Assembly: GCA_047601445.1 (NCBI GenBank)
Contig: JASGJH010000001.1
Location: 4,608,001 to 4,672,000, forward strand
DNA from: Myxococcales bacterium
GTDB lineage: Bacteria; Myxococcota_A; Polyangia; Polyangiales; DASUME01
DNA length: 64,000 nt
Reading direction: 5' to 3'
Of the stretch, positions 50,538 to 60,925 are shown one piece after another. Numbering within the stretch: position 1 is the first letter of the stretch; each line of letters opens with the position of its first letter. The notes under the pieces were generated by a model. That model worked only from the letters and a program-made list of their open reading frames with translations, was not told the origin of the DNA and made no database searches. The translations under genes and the position numbers were made by a program.

Positions 50538-51437
50538 ATGCGCCCTGTTCTTGGCTTCGCTCTACCGCTCGCTCTCGGTCTGGCGTCCGCTCTGTCCGCC
50601 GTCGGCACCGCGCACGCCCACTTCAAACTGCTCAAGCCGGCCTCGTGGTTGAACGAGGACGACCAGGGCAACCCCCAGAAGGGCAGCCCTTGCGGGCTCG
50701 GCGGCTTCGACAACGCGACCGGCCTCGAAACCGGGGCCGTCACCACCTACAAGGCCGGTGAGACCATCACCGTGGAGTGGGTCGATACCATCGCGCATCC
50801 GGGCTACTTCCGCATCGCCCTGGCCGAGAACCGCAGCGACCTGAAGAACCCTACCATCAAGCAAGACGCGAGCTGCAGCTTCGACGAGAGCAAGCTGCCC
50901 ACCATGCCGAGCGGCAACGTGCTCGCGGATGGCATCTCGTTTCGCTCCCGCAACGGCTTCAGCGACAAGGCCGGCAAGAAGTTCTCCCAGAAGGTGACCC
51001 TGCCCAAGGAGCCCTGCGACAAGTGCACGCTGCAGGTGATGCAGGTGATGGAGAACGACATCCAGGCACTGTCCAACTGTTACTACTTCCACTGTGCGGA
51101 CATCCGCATCGTGGCCGACACGGGCAGCACGGATGCCGGCACCAGCGGCACCGTCACCTATCCCGACGGCGGCGTCACCAAGCCCAAGCCCGGAGGCGAC
51201 GGGGATGGTGACGGTGACGGCGATGGCGATAGCGGCGACGGGGACAGTGGAGATGGCGACGGGGACGGCGATGGCGACCAGGAGGGCTCGAGCGGCGGTC
51301 CCAGCGCTTCGCCCAAGAGTGACTCCGGCTGCACCGTGAGCCTCCCGCTGGCCCAGCGCACCGAAGGGCTCCTGTGGGTCCTCGGCCTGGTGGGTTCGGC
51401 GGCCGTGTTGCGTCGGGCACGTCGGCGCAAATCCTGA
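50538..51437 (+). CDS. His-brace copper protein (LPMO-like, myxobacterial SCE4755-type) with MYXO-CTERM-like tail
   Basis: Signal AHA|H gives N-terminal His; PCG; TIAHPGYFRIAL; CDKCTLQV; YFHCADI; GD linker; SGC-TM-RRRK tail. Confidence 0.8.
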   Translation: MRPVLGFALPLALGLASALSAVGTAHAHFKLLKPASWLNEDDQGNPQKGSPCGLGGFDNATGLETGAVTTYKAGETITVEWVDTIAHPGYFRIALAENRSDLKNPTIKQDASCSFDESKLPTMPSGNVLADGISFRSRNGFSDKAGKKFSQKVTLPKEPCDKCTLQVMQVMENDIQALSNCYYFHCADIRIVADTGSTDAGTSGTVTYPDGGVTKPKPGGDGDGDGDGDGDSGDGDSGDGDGDGDGDQEGSSGGPSASPKSDSGCTVSLPLAQRTEGLLWVLGLVGSAAVLRRARRRKS

Positions 51438-51481
51438 ACATCTTCTGCGGGTCCGGCGCGCTCTCGGGTACACTCCTGAAC

Positions 51482-51892
51482 ATGCCGGTGTCGGAAGGCG
51501 TGGTCGCAGAAGTGGTGGCAGACATCTCGGAGCGCATGAAGGATCCCAACTTCGCGCAGCTCTCGGTCGGCTCCTTCGTCGAGAATCAGCCCCACATCAG
51601 TCGCTTCCTGAGCGCCAAGGCCAATCGCCTCGGAGGCGCTCAGGCGCTGATGGAGCTGGTGTTCCATGCCGAGGTGTTGCGGGAGTGCCTTGCGCGCGCG
51701 GCCGGCGGCCGTGACGTACCCGAGGTGGGCTTTCCGGTACTCGACAAGGCTTCCCAGGGCGACTTCAAGGCGGCCTTTACCCAGCGTGAGCCGCACCTCG
51801 CCAACTACGTGGCCTCCAACATCGACCAGGAGGGCCAGCGCGCCGAGCTGTGCCGCGTGGGGCTCGCCCTGTGCATGGCGATGGGGAGCTGA
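51482..51892 (+). CDS. Hypothetical protein
   Basis: GC3-biased ORF with internal QPHISRFL / EPHLANYV pseudo-repeat. Confidence 0.7.
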   Translation: MPVSEGVVAEVVADISERMKDPNFAQLSVGSFVENQPHISRFLSAKANRLGGAQALMELVFHAEVLRECLARAAGGRDVPEVGFPVLDKASQGDFKAAFTQREPHLANYVASNIDQEGQRAELCRVGLALCMAMGS

Positions 51893-51913
51893 CCCAGGAA
51901 CTGAGTCGGGCTC

Positions 51914-53524
51914 TCAGTCGCCCGTCACGCCCACGTAGCGCGCCAAGAGCTGGCCCGTGTAGTGCTCGATGGAGAGCACGCTCTCGATGAAATCGGCGCG
52001 CAAGCGGGCGACCCGGAGCTGTGCGTTGCGCACCTTGTCCTCGGCCTCGAGCACCTGGATCGCGGTGGACGTGCCTGTAGCGTAGCGAGCCTGCTCGGCC
52101 GCGAGCTGCTGCTTGGCGATGCCCAGCGTGCGCTCCGCCAGCGCCACCGCCTCTTCGCCCGAACGTCCCTTCTCGTGCAACGAGCCGATTTGCGCCACGA
52201 TGCGCTGCTTGCCCTCCCGCAGGTTCTGCTCGGCCACCTCGGTGGCGAGTCGCGCCTTGTTGCCCTCTGCACGCTCGCGACGCCGGTTGACGGGGGCCTC
52301 GAAGCTGAGCCCGACGTATCCGCTCACCGCATTGAACTGGCTCAGCCAGGGGTCGCTGCCGGGCGGGTTGTAGAGCATGCCCTGGGCCTGGATGTAGGTG
52401 TCGAAGTCGAGCTTGGCGCGATACTGGTTGGTGGCCGTCTGCTCCTGGAGCTGGGCCAACTGCAGCGACGAAAACAACCCCTTGAGCTCGGCGGACTCCG
52501 CCATGGCTGCGCGCTCCGACACATCGCGCGCCGGCAAGCTGGCCACGGGCTCACTCTCCGCGCGCAGCGCGCCGAGCGGAACCTCGCCGATGGTGCCTAG
52601 CTTCTGCAGAAGCTCGAGCTCGCGCTGCTTGTACGCCAGGCGCGCGTTGAGGATGGCTTCGTCGCGCGTCGCCACCTGGGTATCGAAGGCCAGCACCTCC
52701 ACTGGAGCGAGCGATCCCGTGGCTGCCCGCGCAGCAGCTTCATCGCGCTGCTTGAGCGCCGTCTCGCGCGACTGCTCCTCGATGGCTACCGAGTTCCCTG
52801 CGTACCAGAGCTCCCAGTAGGCCGTCAGGGCATCGCGAAGGACCTCGCTCGCCACACGGTCTCGTGAGTACTCCTGGTTGTCGCGCTGTACGCGGGCCTG
52901 CAGGAGCTGCGCTTCGTTCACGGCGCGACCGCGACCGCGGATCAGGGGCTGCTTGAGGCTGAGCTTCACCAGGCCGCCGTACTGCGGCGAAGACCAACCG
53001 GGCACGTTGGACGAAAAGATGCGCTTGTCCGTGAAGGTCTGAATGACGCTGGGCGCCACCCGCAACGTGATGTCGGCGCCCCAGAGCGTGTGCTTGCGCA
53101 GCTCCGCACCGGCGTCCGCGCGTCGCTGTCCAGAGATCGCCAGAATGGGTGTCCCCTTGGTGAAACTGGCATAGGGGTTCACGGCCTGGGCTGCATTCAT
53201 ATCCATACTGGGCGTCGTCGGAGTGGTGGATGTTGCGCTGGTGGATATGGCGCGAGACACCATGGGCGTCCTGGTCTGCGTGGCGCTGGCATCGACCGCG
53301 ATGACCGTCGCGTACTGGGCCTCGAGCCCGAGTGCGTCCCAGCGCGCGCTGTCGGCCTGCAAGAGCGCGACCTTCAACTGCGGATTGTGCTCCGCTGTCA
53401 GGCGCACCACGTCCGCCTCGAACAACGGCTTGCCCGTGACCGAATCCTGCGCGTGCACACGCTGCGCCGCGCCGCCCGACGACAGGGTCAGCAACAAGGC
53501 GGCGATCTGCGACTTCCTACTCAT
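51914..53524 (-). CDS. TolC family outer-membrane factor
   Basis: Signal peptide; [29 protein letters not shown]; last gene of the MFP-ABC operon. Confidence 0.88.
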   Translation of the reverse strand: MSRKSQIAALLLTLSSGGAAQRVHAQDSVTGKPLFEADVVRLTAEHNPQLKVALLQADSARWDALGLEAQYATVIAVDASATQTRTPMVSRAISTSATSTTPTTPSMDMNAAQAVNPYASFTKGTPILAISGQRRADAGAELRKHTLWGADITLRVAPSVIQTFTDKRIFSSNVPGWSSPQYGGLVKLSLKQPLIRGRGRAVNEAQLLQARVQRDNQEYSRDRVASEVLRDALTAYWELWYAGNSVAIEEQSRETALKQRDEAAARAATGSLAPVEVLAFDTQVATRDEAILNARLAYKQRELELLQKLGTIGEVPLGALRAESEPVASLPARDVSERAAMAESAELKGLFSSLQLAQLQEQTATNQYRAKLDFDTYIQAQGMLYNPPGSDPWLSQFNAVSGYVGLSFEAPVNRRRERAEGNKARLATEVAEQNLREGKQRIVAQIGSLHEKGRSGEEAVALAERTLGIAKQQLAAEQARYATGTSTAIQVLEAEDKVRNAQLRVARLRADFIESVLSIEHYTGQLLARYVGVTGD

Positions 53525-54740
53525 GACGCAACGCCTCGATCGGGTTGAGACGCGCAGCCTTGCGCGCCGGAAAGAAACCAAAGGCCAGGCCCACCAGGGC
53601 CGAGAAGCCGACCGCGATGAGCACCACCTGAGGCCGAAAAGCGAAGGGAATCTTGAGCGCCGCGCCCGCACCGTAGGCCCCGCCGAGCCCGATCAGCATG
53701 CCGAACATCCCACCCATCACGCACAGCACCACCGCCTCCACCAGGAACTGCAGCAGCACCTCGTGGGCGCGCGCTCCGACCGCCAGGCGAATGCCGATCT
53801 CCCGTGTGCGCTCCGTGACCGACACCAACATGATGTTCATGATGCCGATGCCACCCACCAGGAGGCTCACCGCCGCTACCGCGCCGAGCAGAGCCGTGAG
53901 CACGCCGGTCACGTTCTGCAGCGTTTGCATGATCTCGCGCGTGTCGCGCACCGCGAAGTCGTCGGCCTGGCCCGGTGCGATGCGACGCCGCTCACGCATC
54001 AAGGCCTGGATCTGCTGCTTGGCCTTGGTGGTCAGGTTCTCGTCACGCGCGCTCACCGCGATGGCGCCCACGTCCATGTTGCCCGCGATGCGCCGCTGGA
54101 ACGCGCCGAGCGGGATGAGGATGAAGTCGTCCTGATCCATGCCGAAGGTGGACTGCCCCTTGGGCACCGTGGTCCCCACGATGAGACACGTGACCCGGCC
54201 CAGGCGGATGGTGGCGCCCAGCGGGTCCTGATGTCCGAACAGCTTCTGCTGGACCGTGTTGCCGATCACGCAGACCGGCTGCGCGCTGGTGAGCTCCACG
54301 TCCGAGAACACGCGTCCCGTCTCGATGTGGATATTGCGCACCTCGAAGTACTCGTTAGTGGTGCCCGTGACCGTGGTGTTCCAGTTGCGGTTGGCGTATA
54401 CCGCCAGCATCGAGCGACCGGAGGAGGGCGCCGCACGCAGCACCGCCGAGGACTCGCGCGCGATGGCCCGCGCGTCGTCCATCGTGAAAGGCGAAGCCGT
54501 CTCGCTCACGGGTCCGCGCCGCTCAGCGCCCGGGAACACCGTGAGCATGTTCACGCCCATGCCCGCGATCTCGCCGGTCACCTTCTGCGTGGCGCCCTCT
54601 CCGAGCGTGACCAGCGCGATCACCGAGGCCACGCCGATGACGATGCCGAGGGTGGTCAACGACGAGCGCAGCGTGTTGCGCCGAATCTCTCGAAACGCCA
54701 TCAGCAGCGTGCTGCCGACCATGAACAGAGGCGAGCTCAT
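53517..54740 (-). CDS. MacB-type ABC permease
   Basis: [48 protein letters not shown]. Confidence 0.95.
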   Translation of the reverse strand: MSSPLFMVGSTLLMAFREIRRNTLRSSLTTLGIVIGVASVIALVTLGEGATQKVTGEIAGMGVNMLTVFPGAERRGPVSETASPFTMDDARAIARESSAVLRAAPSSGRSMLAVYANRNWNTTVTGTTNEYFEVRNIHIETGRVFSDVELTSAQPVCVIGNTVQQKLFGHQDPLGATIRLGRVTCLIVGTTVPKGQSTFGMDQDDFILIPLGAFQRRIAGNMDVGAIAVSARDENLTTKAKQQIQALMRERRRIAPGQADDFAVRDTREIMQTLQNVTGVLTALLGAVAAVSLLVGGIGIMNIMLVSVTERTREIGIRLAVGARAHEVLLQFLVEAVVLCVMGGMFGMLIGLGGAYGAGAALKIPFAFRPQVVLIAVGFSALVGLAFGFFPARKAARLNPIEALRHE

Positions 54741-55450
54741 GCCTGCACCACGGCAGAGGACTCGTCGCGCTCGATCAGTCCGTCGCGAAAGACCACCGTG
54801 CGGCGAGCGAAGGCCGCGATATCTGGCTCGTGGGTCACCATCACGATGGTGATGCCGCGCGTGCGGTTGAGGTCGACCAGCAGGTTCATGATCTCCACGC
54901 TGCGCGCCGTGTCCAGGTTGCCCGTGGGCTCGTCCGCCAGGAGCAGCGACGGCTCGGAGACGATGGCGCGCGCGATCGCCACGCGCTGCTGCTGGCCACC
55001 CGAGAGCTCGCCAGGCGTGTGATGCTCGCGGCCCGCCAGGCCCACGTCGTGCAAGGCGCGCAGGGCGCGCTCGCGGCGTTCCTTGGCGCGCATGCGCCGA
55101 TAGATCAGAGGCAGCTCCACGTTCTCGAGGGCCGTGGTGCGCGCCAGCAAGTTGAAGCCCTGGAACACGAAGCCGAGATAGTGACGACGCAGGAGCGCCA
55201 GCTGGTCGAGCGAGAGCTGCGTGGCGTCGACACCGCGGAACAAGTAGGCCCCCGAGGTAGGTCGATCCAGGCAGCCCAGGATGTTCATGCAGGTGCTCTT
55301 GCCAGAGCCGCTCGGCCCCATCGCCGCCACGAACTCACCCGCCGCAATGCACAGGTCCACACCCGCCAGGGCGCGCACTTCCGACTCGCCCTGACCGTAC
55401 ACCTTGCGTACCCGACGCAGCTCGAGCAGCGGTGCCTCAGGGGCGCTCAC
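54737..55450 (-). CDS. MacB-type ABC ATPase
   Basis: [31 protein letters not shown]. Confidence 0.96.
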   Translation of the reverse strand: MSAPEAPLLELRRVRKVYGQGESEVRALAGVDLCIAAGEFVAAMGPSGSGKSTCMNILGCLDRPTSGAYLFRGVDATQLSLDQLALLRRHYLGFVFQGFNLLARTTALENVELPLIYRRMRAKERRERALRALHDVGLAGREHHTPGELSGGQQQRVAIARAIVSEPSLLLADEPTGNLDTARSVEIMNLLVDLNRTRGITIVMVTHEPDIAAFARRTVVFRDGLIERDESSAVVQA

Positions 55451-56666
55451 GCTTGACCTCCACCACGTCCGTCAGCACCTGGTCGCCTTCCTTCAGGTCG
55501 CCTCCGAGCAGCTCGCTGTACTGTCCGTCGCTGGCTCCCGTCTTGACGCTACGGGCCGCAGGCGCATCCCCCTGCAATACCCACACGCGACGCTGGCCGG
55601 CCTCCACTCGCGTGACCTCCGGCGGTTGGTTCGGCGGCGTGAAGCGCAGCGCCGCGTTGGGGATGGCCAGCGCGTTCTTGCGCTCGTTGGCCACGATGGT
55701 AGCGGTAGCGGTCATGCCGGGACGCAGCAACAGCTCGGCGTTGTCCACCGACAACACAGCCTCGTAGCTCACCACGTTTTGGTCTTCCTTGGGCTCGTTG
55801 CGCAGCGACATGACCTTGGAAGGAAAGCTGCGCTCCGGATAGGCGTCGACCGCGAAACTGGCCGCCTGCCCCTCGCGCGCGCGCCCGATGTCCGCCTCGT
55901 CGATGTACACGTAGAGGCTCATCTGCCGGAGGTCCTCGGCGAGCTTGAACAAGACGGGCGTCGTGAAGCCTGCCGTGAGAGTCTGCCCCGGCTCCACCAA
56001 ACGCGAGAGCACGATACCGTCGATGGGCGACAACACCTGGGTCTTCTCGAGCTTGGACTTGGTGGACTTGAGGGTGGCGCTCGCCACGGTGGTGCTGGCC
56101 TGACTGCTCTCGAGGGCGGCGCGGGCACGCTCACGGGCCGCGATGGCGGCTTCGAGCTCGCGCTGTGAGACCAGACCTTGCTTGGACTGCTGCTCGGCGC
56201 GCGCCGCGCTCTGCTCGCTTTCGAGCAAGGTGGCGCGCGCTTGCGCGATGGAGGCTTGCGAAGCCGCGAGCTGCGCCTTGGCCTCGTCGAACGCCGCGTG
56301 CAGCTGCTCCGGATCGATCTCGGCCAACACCTGGCCCTTCTTGACCGGATCGTTGAAGTCCACCGCCACGCGCGTAATGCGGCCCGACACCTCGGCGCCC
56401 ACCTCGACGGTGTTGAGTCCCTTGAGCGTGCCGGTCGCCGAGATCACCACCTGGATGTCGCGACGCTGCACGGCGGCGCTCTCGTAGTGGGGTTTCTGGG
56501 CTTCGGCCCGCTGCTTCAGAAAGCGCGAGATGCCCAAGCCGCCGCCGCCAAGGACCAACACACCGAGCACGCTCCAGATGAGGAGACCTCGCCAGCGATT
56601 GGGCGGCTTGGCGCTACCGAGGGTTTTGACGACTTCCGGATCCGCCTGAGACTCAAGACGCGTCAT
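55437..56666 (-). CDS. MacA-type periplasmic adaptor (MFP)
   Basis: VGAEVSGRI, SPIDGIV, IDEADIG, LRPGMTA, IPNAALRF. Confidence 0.95.
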   Translation of the reverse strand: MTRLESQADPEVVKTLGSAKPPNRWRGLLIWSVLGVLVLGGGGLGISRFLKQRAEAQKPHYESAAVQRRDIQVVISATGTLKGLNTVEVGAEVSGRITRVAVDFNDPVKKGQVLAEIDPEQLHAAFDEAKAQLAASQASIAQARATLLESEQSAARAEQQSKQGLVSQRELEAAIAARERARAALESSQASTTVASATLKSTKSKLEKTQVLSPIDGIVLSRLVEPGQTLTAGFTTPVLFKLAEDLRQMSLYVYIDEADIGRAREGQAASFAVDAYPERSFPSKVMSLRNEPKEDQNVVSYEAVLSVDNAELLLRPGMTATATIVANERKNALAIPNAALRFTPPNQPPEVTRVEAGQRRVWVLQGDAPAARSVKTGASDGQYSELLGGDLKEGDQVLTDVVEVKRERP

Positions 56667-56713
56667 GGCCCCACCAGGGTAGACGTGGGGCGTTACCCGT
56701 CCAATGCCAAATG

Positions 56714-56728
56714 GTTAAGCAATGTAAA
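56714..56728. promoter_or_regulatory. OmpR/CpxR-type direct repeat upstream of efflux operon
   Basis: GTTAA-GCAAT-GTAAA in an AT-rich patch about 50 nt from the MFP start. Confidence 0.5.
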
Positions 56729-56768
56729 GGCTGCATTCGCGCGATAAAACGACGGCGCCCGTGAATGA

Positions 56769-57641
56769 CTAGGATGCGGCGACGTCGCGCGGCAGATCGC
56801 GCTCTTGCGCCGGCAGACCGAGCTCGGCGCGGTACATGTCTACGACCTGACGCTGCAGCTTTTTGGCGCTCGCTCCGCGGGACGAGATGAGCGGACGCGG
56901 ACGCACACGGTAGTCCACCGGGTGATCCGGCAGCACGTGCCAGGGCGCATCTTTGTGCAGCGCGGGAGGATCGGACGTGACCAGCACGGGCAGGATGTCG
57001 GTCTGCGTGGTGGAAGCCACGGCGAACGCACCCTTGAACATGGTGCCCAGACCGCGCGGTGGCGAGCGCGTGCCCTCGGGGAAGATCACCACGTTGAAGC
57101 CCTGAGCGAGACGCGCCTGCACGTTCGCCAGCAGCAGTTGGTTCGAGGCCATGCTGCCGTCGCCGCCGTCGATATGGCCGCAGTAACGAAACAACCGCTG
57201 GAGGAAGCGATCATTCCAGATCTTGTGCTTCACCACGACACTCGCGTCTCGATAGACCGCGAGCACGGCCACCACGTCGATGGTGGTGGGATGGTTCGAC
57301 ACCACGATCACCGGGCGCCCAGGCAACTGCGGGTCCACCAGGCGCGGGTTGTACGTGAAAATGCGGGCCCAGCGCAGGAGGTCGAGGGTGACCCGGAAGC
57401 AGGTGGCGACGGCGATCTGGTTGCGCCGCATGCGCACCAGGGGATCGCGCGTGGTGAGCGACCACAGGGGCAGGAAGAACCAGCCGAAGAACGCCCCCGA
57501 CAGGTAGAAAGCGGTGAAGATCAGCGCTCCCCGCACGATTTTCCACCAACGCCAGAACACGGAAAGAACCGCCCCGCTGCGAGACCTCTGGGGCACGCTG
57601 GAGGAAGCCCCGCGCTGCCCGGACGGCCTTTCTCTTGCCAT
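56769..57641 (-). CDS. PlsC-like lysophospholipid acyltransferase
   Basis: NHPTTID, IFPEGTRS. Start uncertain. Confidence 0.88.
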   Translation of the reverse strand: MARERPSGQRGASSSVPQRSRSGAVLSVFWRWWKIVRGALIFTAFYLSGAFFGWFFLPLWSLTTRDPLVRMRRNQIAVATCFRVTLDLLRWARIFTYNPRLVDPQLPGRPVIVVSNHPTTIDVVAVLAVYRDASVVVKHKIWNDRFLQRLFRYCGHIDGGDGSMASNQLLLANVQARLAQGFNVVIFPEGTRSPPRGLGTMFKGAFAVASTTQTDILPVLVTSDPPALHKDAPWHVLPDHPVDYRVRPRPLISSRGASAKKLQRQVVDMYRAELGLPAQERDLPRDVAAS

Positions 57642-57761
57642 ATCCCGGGCCAACTGGTCAAAGAGGCCACCCCATCTGGGCGGGTCCGCGCGCTCACGCA
57701 AACTGGTGCCAGGATTGCTCAAGGCCTACCTTTGAGTCAGAACCGCGCGTCCGAGCAGCCG

Positions 57762-58511
57762 ATGTCCGCCTTCAAACCCTGTGTGCTGATACCCACCTAC
57801 AACAACCCGGCCACCATTCGTGCCGTGGTGGAGCAGGCGCGCAAATATCTGCCCGACGTCATCGTCGTCGACGACGGCTCCGGCCCGGCCGCGCGGGAAG
57901 TCTGCGAAGGGCTGGCGCGTGAAGGCCTGTGTACCGTGGAGCGACACGCGGTGAACCAGGGCAAGGGGGCCGCCGTGAAGACCGGCTTCCAGCTGGCGCG
58001 AAAGCTCGGCTTCAGCCACGCGGTGCAGGTCGATGGCGACGGGCAGCACGCGCTCGAGCGTATCCCGGCCTTCGTGGAGATCGCACGCGCCCAGCCCGAC
58101 GCCTTGGTGCTCGGTTGCCCGGTCTACGACGACACCTTGCACAAAGGCCGCTATGCGGCGCGCCTGGTGACGCGTTTCTGGAACTATATCGAGGTCCTCG
58201 GCCCGACCATCCAGGACTCCATGTGCGGCTTTCGTGTGTACCCGATCGAGGCGGCACTGGCAGCCAAGACGCGCGGTGACCGCATGAACTTCGACATCGA
58301 GATCCCGGTCCGCATGGTCTGGAACGGCGTGAAGGTCATCAACGAGCCCGTTCCGGTGCGCTACTTGACGGCCGAAGAAGGCGGCATTTCCCACTACCAG
58401 ACCTTTTGGGACACGGCACACATCAGCTGGACGCACACCAAGCTCGTGTTCGAAGGGCTCGCGCTGCTGATCACGTGGCCCGTGCGCAAGCTGTTCGGAG
58501 GCTCCCGGTGA
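57762..58511 (+). CDS. Glycosyltransferase family 2
   Basis: LIPTYN, VVDDGS, NQGKGAA, DGDGQH, DSMCGFRVYP. Confidence 0.92.
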   Translation: MSAFKPCVLIPTYNNPATIRAVVEQARKYLPDVIVVDDGSGPAAREVCEGLAREGLCTVERHAVNQGKGAAVKTGFQLARKLGFSHAVQVDGDGQHALERIPAFVEIARAQPDALVLGCPVYDDTLHKGRYAARLVTRFWNYIEVLGPTIQDSMCGFRVYPIEAALAAKTRGDRMNFDIEIPVRMVWNGVKVINEPVPVRYLTAEEGGISHYQTFWDTAHISWTHTKLVFEGLALLITWPVRKLFGGSR

Positions 58512-59437
58512 GCGCTCGGTCCGAACCACAAGGGGCGGACCAGACTCCGACGAAGACGGCATGGCTCTCCAACGAAGAGCGCGGAACGGTTCTGGGTATC
58601 CGCTTCGTGGTGTGGCTGTGCAACTTCTTCGGGCGCCGCGCGGCGCGCAGCTTCATCTACGTGCTGGCCGCGTACTACACGGCCTTCGCCGCCCATGGAC
58701 GTAGGGCCTCGCGCGCCTGGTTGAGCTTCGTGTTCGGGCGCCCCGCAACGCTGCTCGAGGTCTACAAACACCTGAGCACATTCGCCCTGGTGGCACTCGA
58801 TCGCGTGTTCTTGCTACAGGGGCAGCGCGAGCGCTTCGTGCTGAACTCCCACGGCACCGAGCACCTCGACGTGCTGACGGCGCAGAAAAAGGGCGCCGTA
58901 CTGCTCGGTGCGCATCTCGGAAGCTTCGAAGCGATGCGGGCCAGGGCCGGCGGACGTGGCCACGACATCCGCGTGTTGGCGTACTTCGAGAACGCCAAGA
59001 AAATCACGCAAGTGCTCGCCGCGGTGGCGCCCGAGATGCATGAAAAAGTGATCCCGCTCGGCTCGATGGATGCGCTGCTGAAGGCCAAGGAAGCCGTGGA
59101 ACAAGGCGCCATGATCGCCATGCTGGGCGACCGCACCGGACTCAACGCGAAGACCACGCAAGTGATGTTCATGGGCAAACCCGCACCGCTGCCCACCGGC
59201 CCCTTCCTGCTCGCGTCATCCCTCGGCTGCCCGGTGCTCTTCGTGTGCGGCATCTACCGCGGCGGCAACTGGTACGAAATGCACTGCGAACCCTTTGCCG
59301 ACCGCATCGTCCTTCCGCGCGGCAACCGCGAAGAAGCGCTACAGAAGTACGCTCAGCAGTACGCTGACCGGCTCTCGCACTTCGCTGGGAAGCATCCGTA
59401 CAACTGGTTCAATATTTACGATTTTTGGAAGCCATGA
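58508..59437 (+). CDS. LpxL-like acyltransferase
   Basis: ERGT, AHLGSFE, GDR, PYNWFNIYDFW; GTGA overlap with the GT2 stop. Confidence 0.88.
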   Translation: MSARSEPQGADQTPTKTAWLSNEERGTVLGIRFVVWLCNFFGRRAARSFIYVLAAYYTAFAAHGRRASRAWLSFVFGRPATLLEVYKHLSTFALVALDRVFLLQGQRERFVLNSHGTEHLDVLTAQKKGAVLLGAHLGSFEAMRARAGGRGHDIRVLAYFENAKKITQVLAAVAPEMHEKVIPLGSMDALLKAKEAVEQGAMIAMLGDRTGLNAKTTQVMFMGKPAPLPTGPFLLASSLGCPVLFVCGIYRGGNWYEMHCEPFADRIVLPRGNREEALQKYAQQYADRLSHFAGKHPYNWFNIYDFWKP

Positions 59438-59543
59438 GCGGATGGCCACTGGCGGAAGGCGGCCAACAGCTGACGGCTCCTTGTCCGTTGGTTTGACGTC
59501 CCCCGCCCGCTTGCTCCACCCTGGAGGAAGTTCACAAGACAAG

Positions 59544-60923
59544 ATGCTGTCTCACTCTCCTCCTTCCTCGCGCCGTGCTGTTCGAATCCTGGCTGCGCTG
59601 GGCCTTCCGGCCCTGGCGGTCCTGTGCTCTTGCGTGCTGCTTGGTGCTGCCGACCCGAATGGCTGGCGTGCGCGGCGGCGGGCGGGAGTGCGCGAGAATC
59701 GGCGGGCGGCAGCGCTGATCTTGCCGAGTGTTTGGGGCCCCGAGCCGGCCACCCCGGGTACCGTGGATGTGCCCCGGTTTGCCCGGGCGCTGCGGGCGGT
59801 GTGCGGCATGATGCCGCCGGGGCGCGCCGACCGGTACGCCGAGTGGATCGTAGAGCAGAGTCGGGCGCACGGGGAGGACCCGTTCCTGCTGGCGGCCATC
59901 GTGTACCGCACGAGTCGCTGCTTACCGGACGCAGAGACGATCGAGGGGCTCGGCCTGACCGCGATTCAACCGAGCATGTACCGCGACAACACGCGCGGGC
60001 GTCGCCTGATCTACAAGGTGTTCGACGGCTCGAGCTGGTCGGAACGGCGCAAGGAGCTCGGCACGGGCTTCTCGGAAGCGTCGCTCGCCACCGCCGAAGC
60101 GAACATCGAATGGGCCGCCGCCCTACTGGGGATGTGGCGCGAGCAGCACGCGGTGGTCGACCAGAAGTTTCCGAGCGAGCCGCACCGTCACTATGTATCG
60201 CACTTCGTCTGGGGCGACCGGGTCAAGAGCGCGCGCGCGGAGGATCGCATCTTCACCGATCGCCGGCGCCTGCTCGCGCACTACGGCGTGACGTTGCCCG
60301 CGCCAACCCATTCGTTTCGCAACGTGACGTGGGGCTCGCCGCTCGAGGGAGCGCCGCGCGTCGTGAGCAGTCAGCCAGGTGCCGATCGCGAAGAGGGCCT
60401 GCGGCTGCACCGTGGCGTAGACGTGGAGGCGACGCTGGGGGAACCCGTGCTGGCGGTGGCGGAGGGGCGCGTGAGCTTTGCGGGAGTGGACCTGCCGGGC
60501 CAAGCGAACAACGCGGCCATGGATCCGTCCGAGATCGAGAGCGTGCCGCGCAGCGCGCTGGGTCACGGCGGGCGCTACGTGTGCGTCACGCACGTGGACG
60601 GTACGGCTGGTGCACTCGTGGGAGACGACGGGAAGCCGGAGGCTTGGCTACGCTCCTGCTACATGCATCTGGAAGACGTGCTGGTTCGCGTGGGCCAGAA
60701 GGTCGCGCGCGGTGAGGCACTGGGCACGGTGGGTCGCACCGGGATGAAGAGTTCGGCGCCCCATCTGCACCTCGAGATCAAGACGGATCGCAAGCTCTAC
60801 GACGCGCGCGACGTGTTGGTGGGCAGCCTCATCGGCGAACCCCCGGTCGAACCCAAGAAGAAGAAGCGCCGCAAGCTCGCCGCAGCCGGAGCGCCCCCCA
60901 TCGCGGCCACGACGACTCCCTGA
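59544..60923 (+). CDS. M23 metallopeptidase with N-terminal lytic-transglycosylase-like domain
   Basis: HRGVD, YMHL, HLHLE (M23); DPFLLAAIVYRTS..GLTAIQP..NIEW (SLT-like). Confidence 0.8.
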   Translation: MLSHSPPSSRRAVRILAALGLPALAVLCSCVLLGAADPNGWRARRRAGVRENRRAAALILPSVWGPEPATPGTVDVPRFARALRAVCGMMPPGRADRYAEWIVEQSRAHGEDPFLLAAIVYRTSRCLPDAETIEGLGLTAIQPSMYRDNTRGRRLIYKVFDGSSWSERRKELGTGFSEASLATAEANIEWAAALLGMWREQHAVVDQKFPSEPHRHYVSHFVWGDRVKSARAEDRIFTDRRRLLAHYGVTLPAPTHSFRNVTWGSPLEGAPRVVSSQPGADREEGLRLHRGVDVEATLGEPVLAVAEGRVSFAGVDLPGQANNAAMDPSEIESVPRSALGHGGRYVCVTHVDGTAGALVGDDGKPEAWLRSCYMHLEDVLVRVGQKVARGEALGTVGRTGMKSSAPHLHLEIKTDRKLYDARDVLVGSLIGEPPVEPKKKKRRKLAAAGAPPIAATTTP

Positions 60924-60925
60924 GA

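Noticed and set aside
51195..51280. GGCGAC-like hexamer repeat
   Set aside because: Encodes the Gly-Asp linker common in myxobacterial secreted proteins; codons vary, so it is not a DNA-level element.
57704..57719. Sigma-54-like TGGTGCCAGGATTGCT upstream of GT2
   Set aside because: Spacing is right but the -24 element is a weak match; not enough support.
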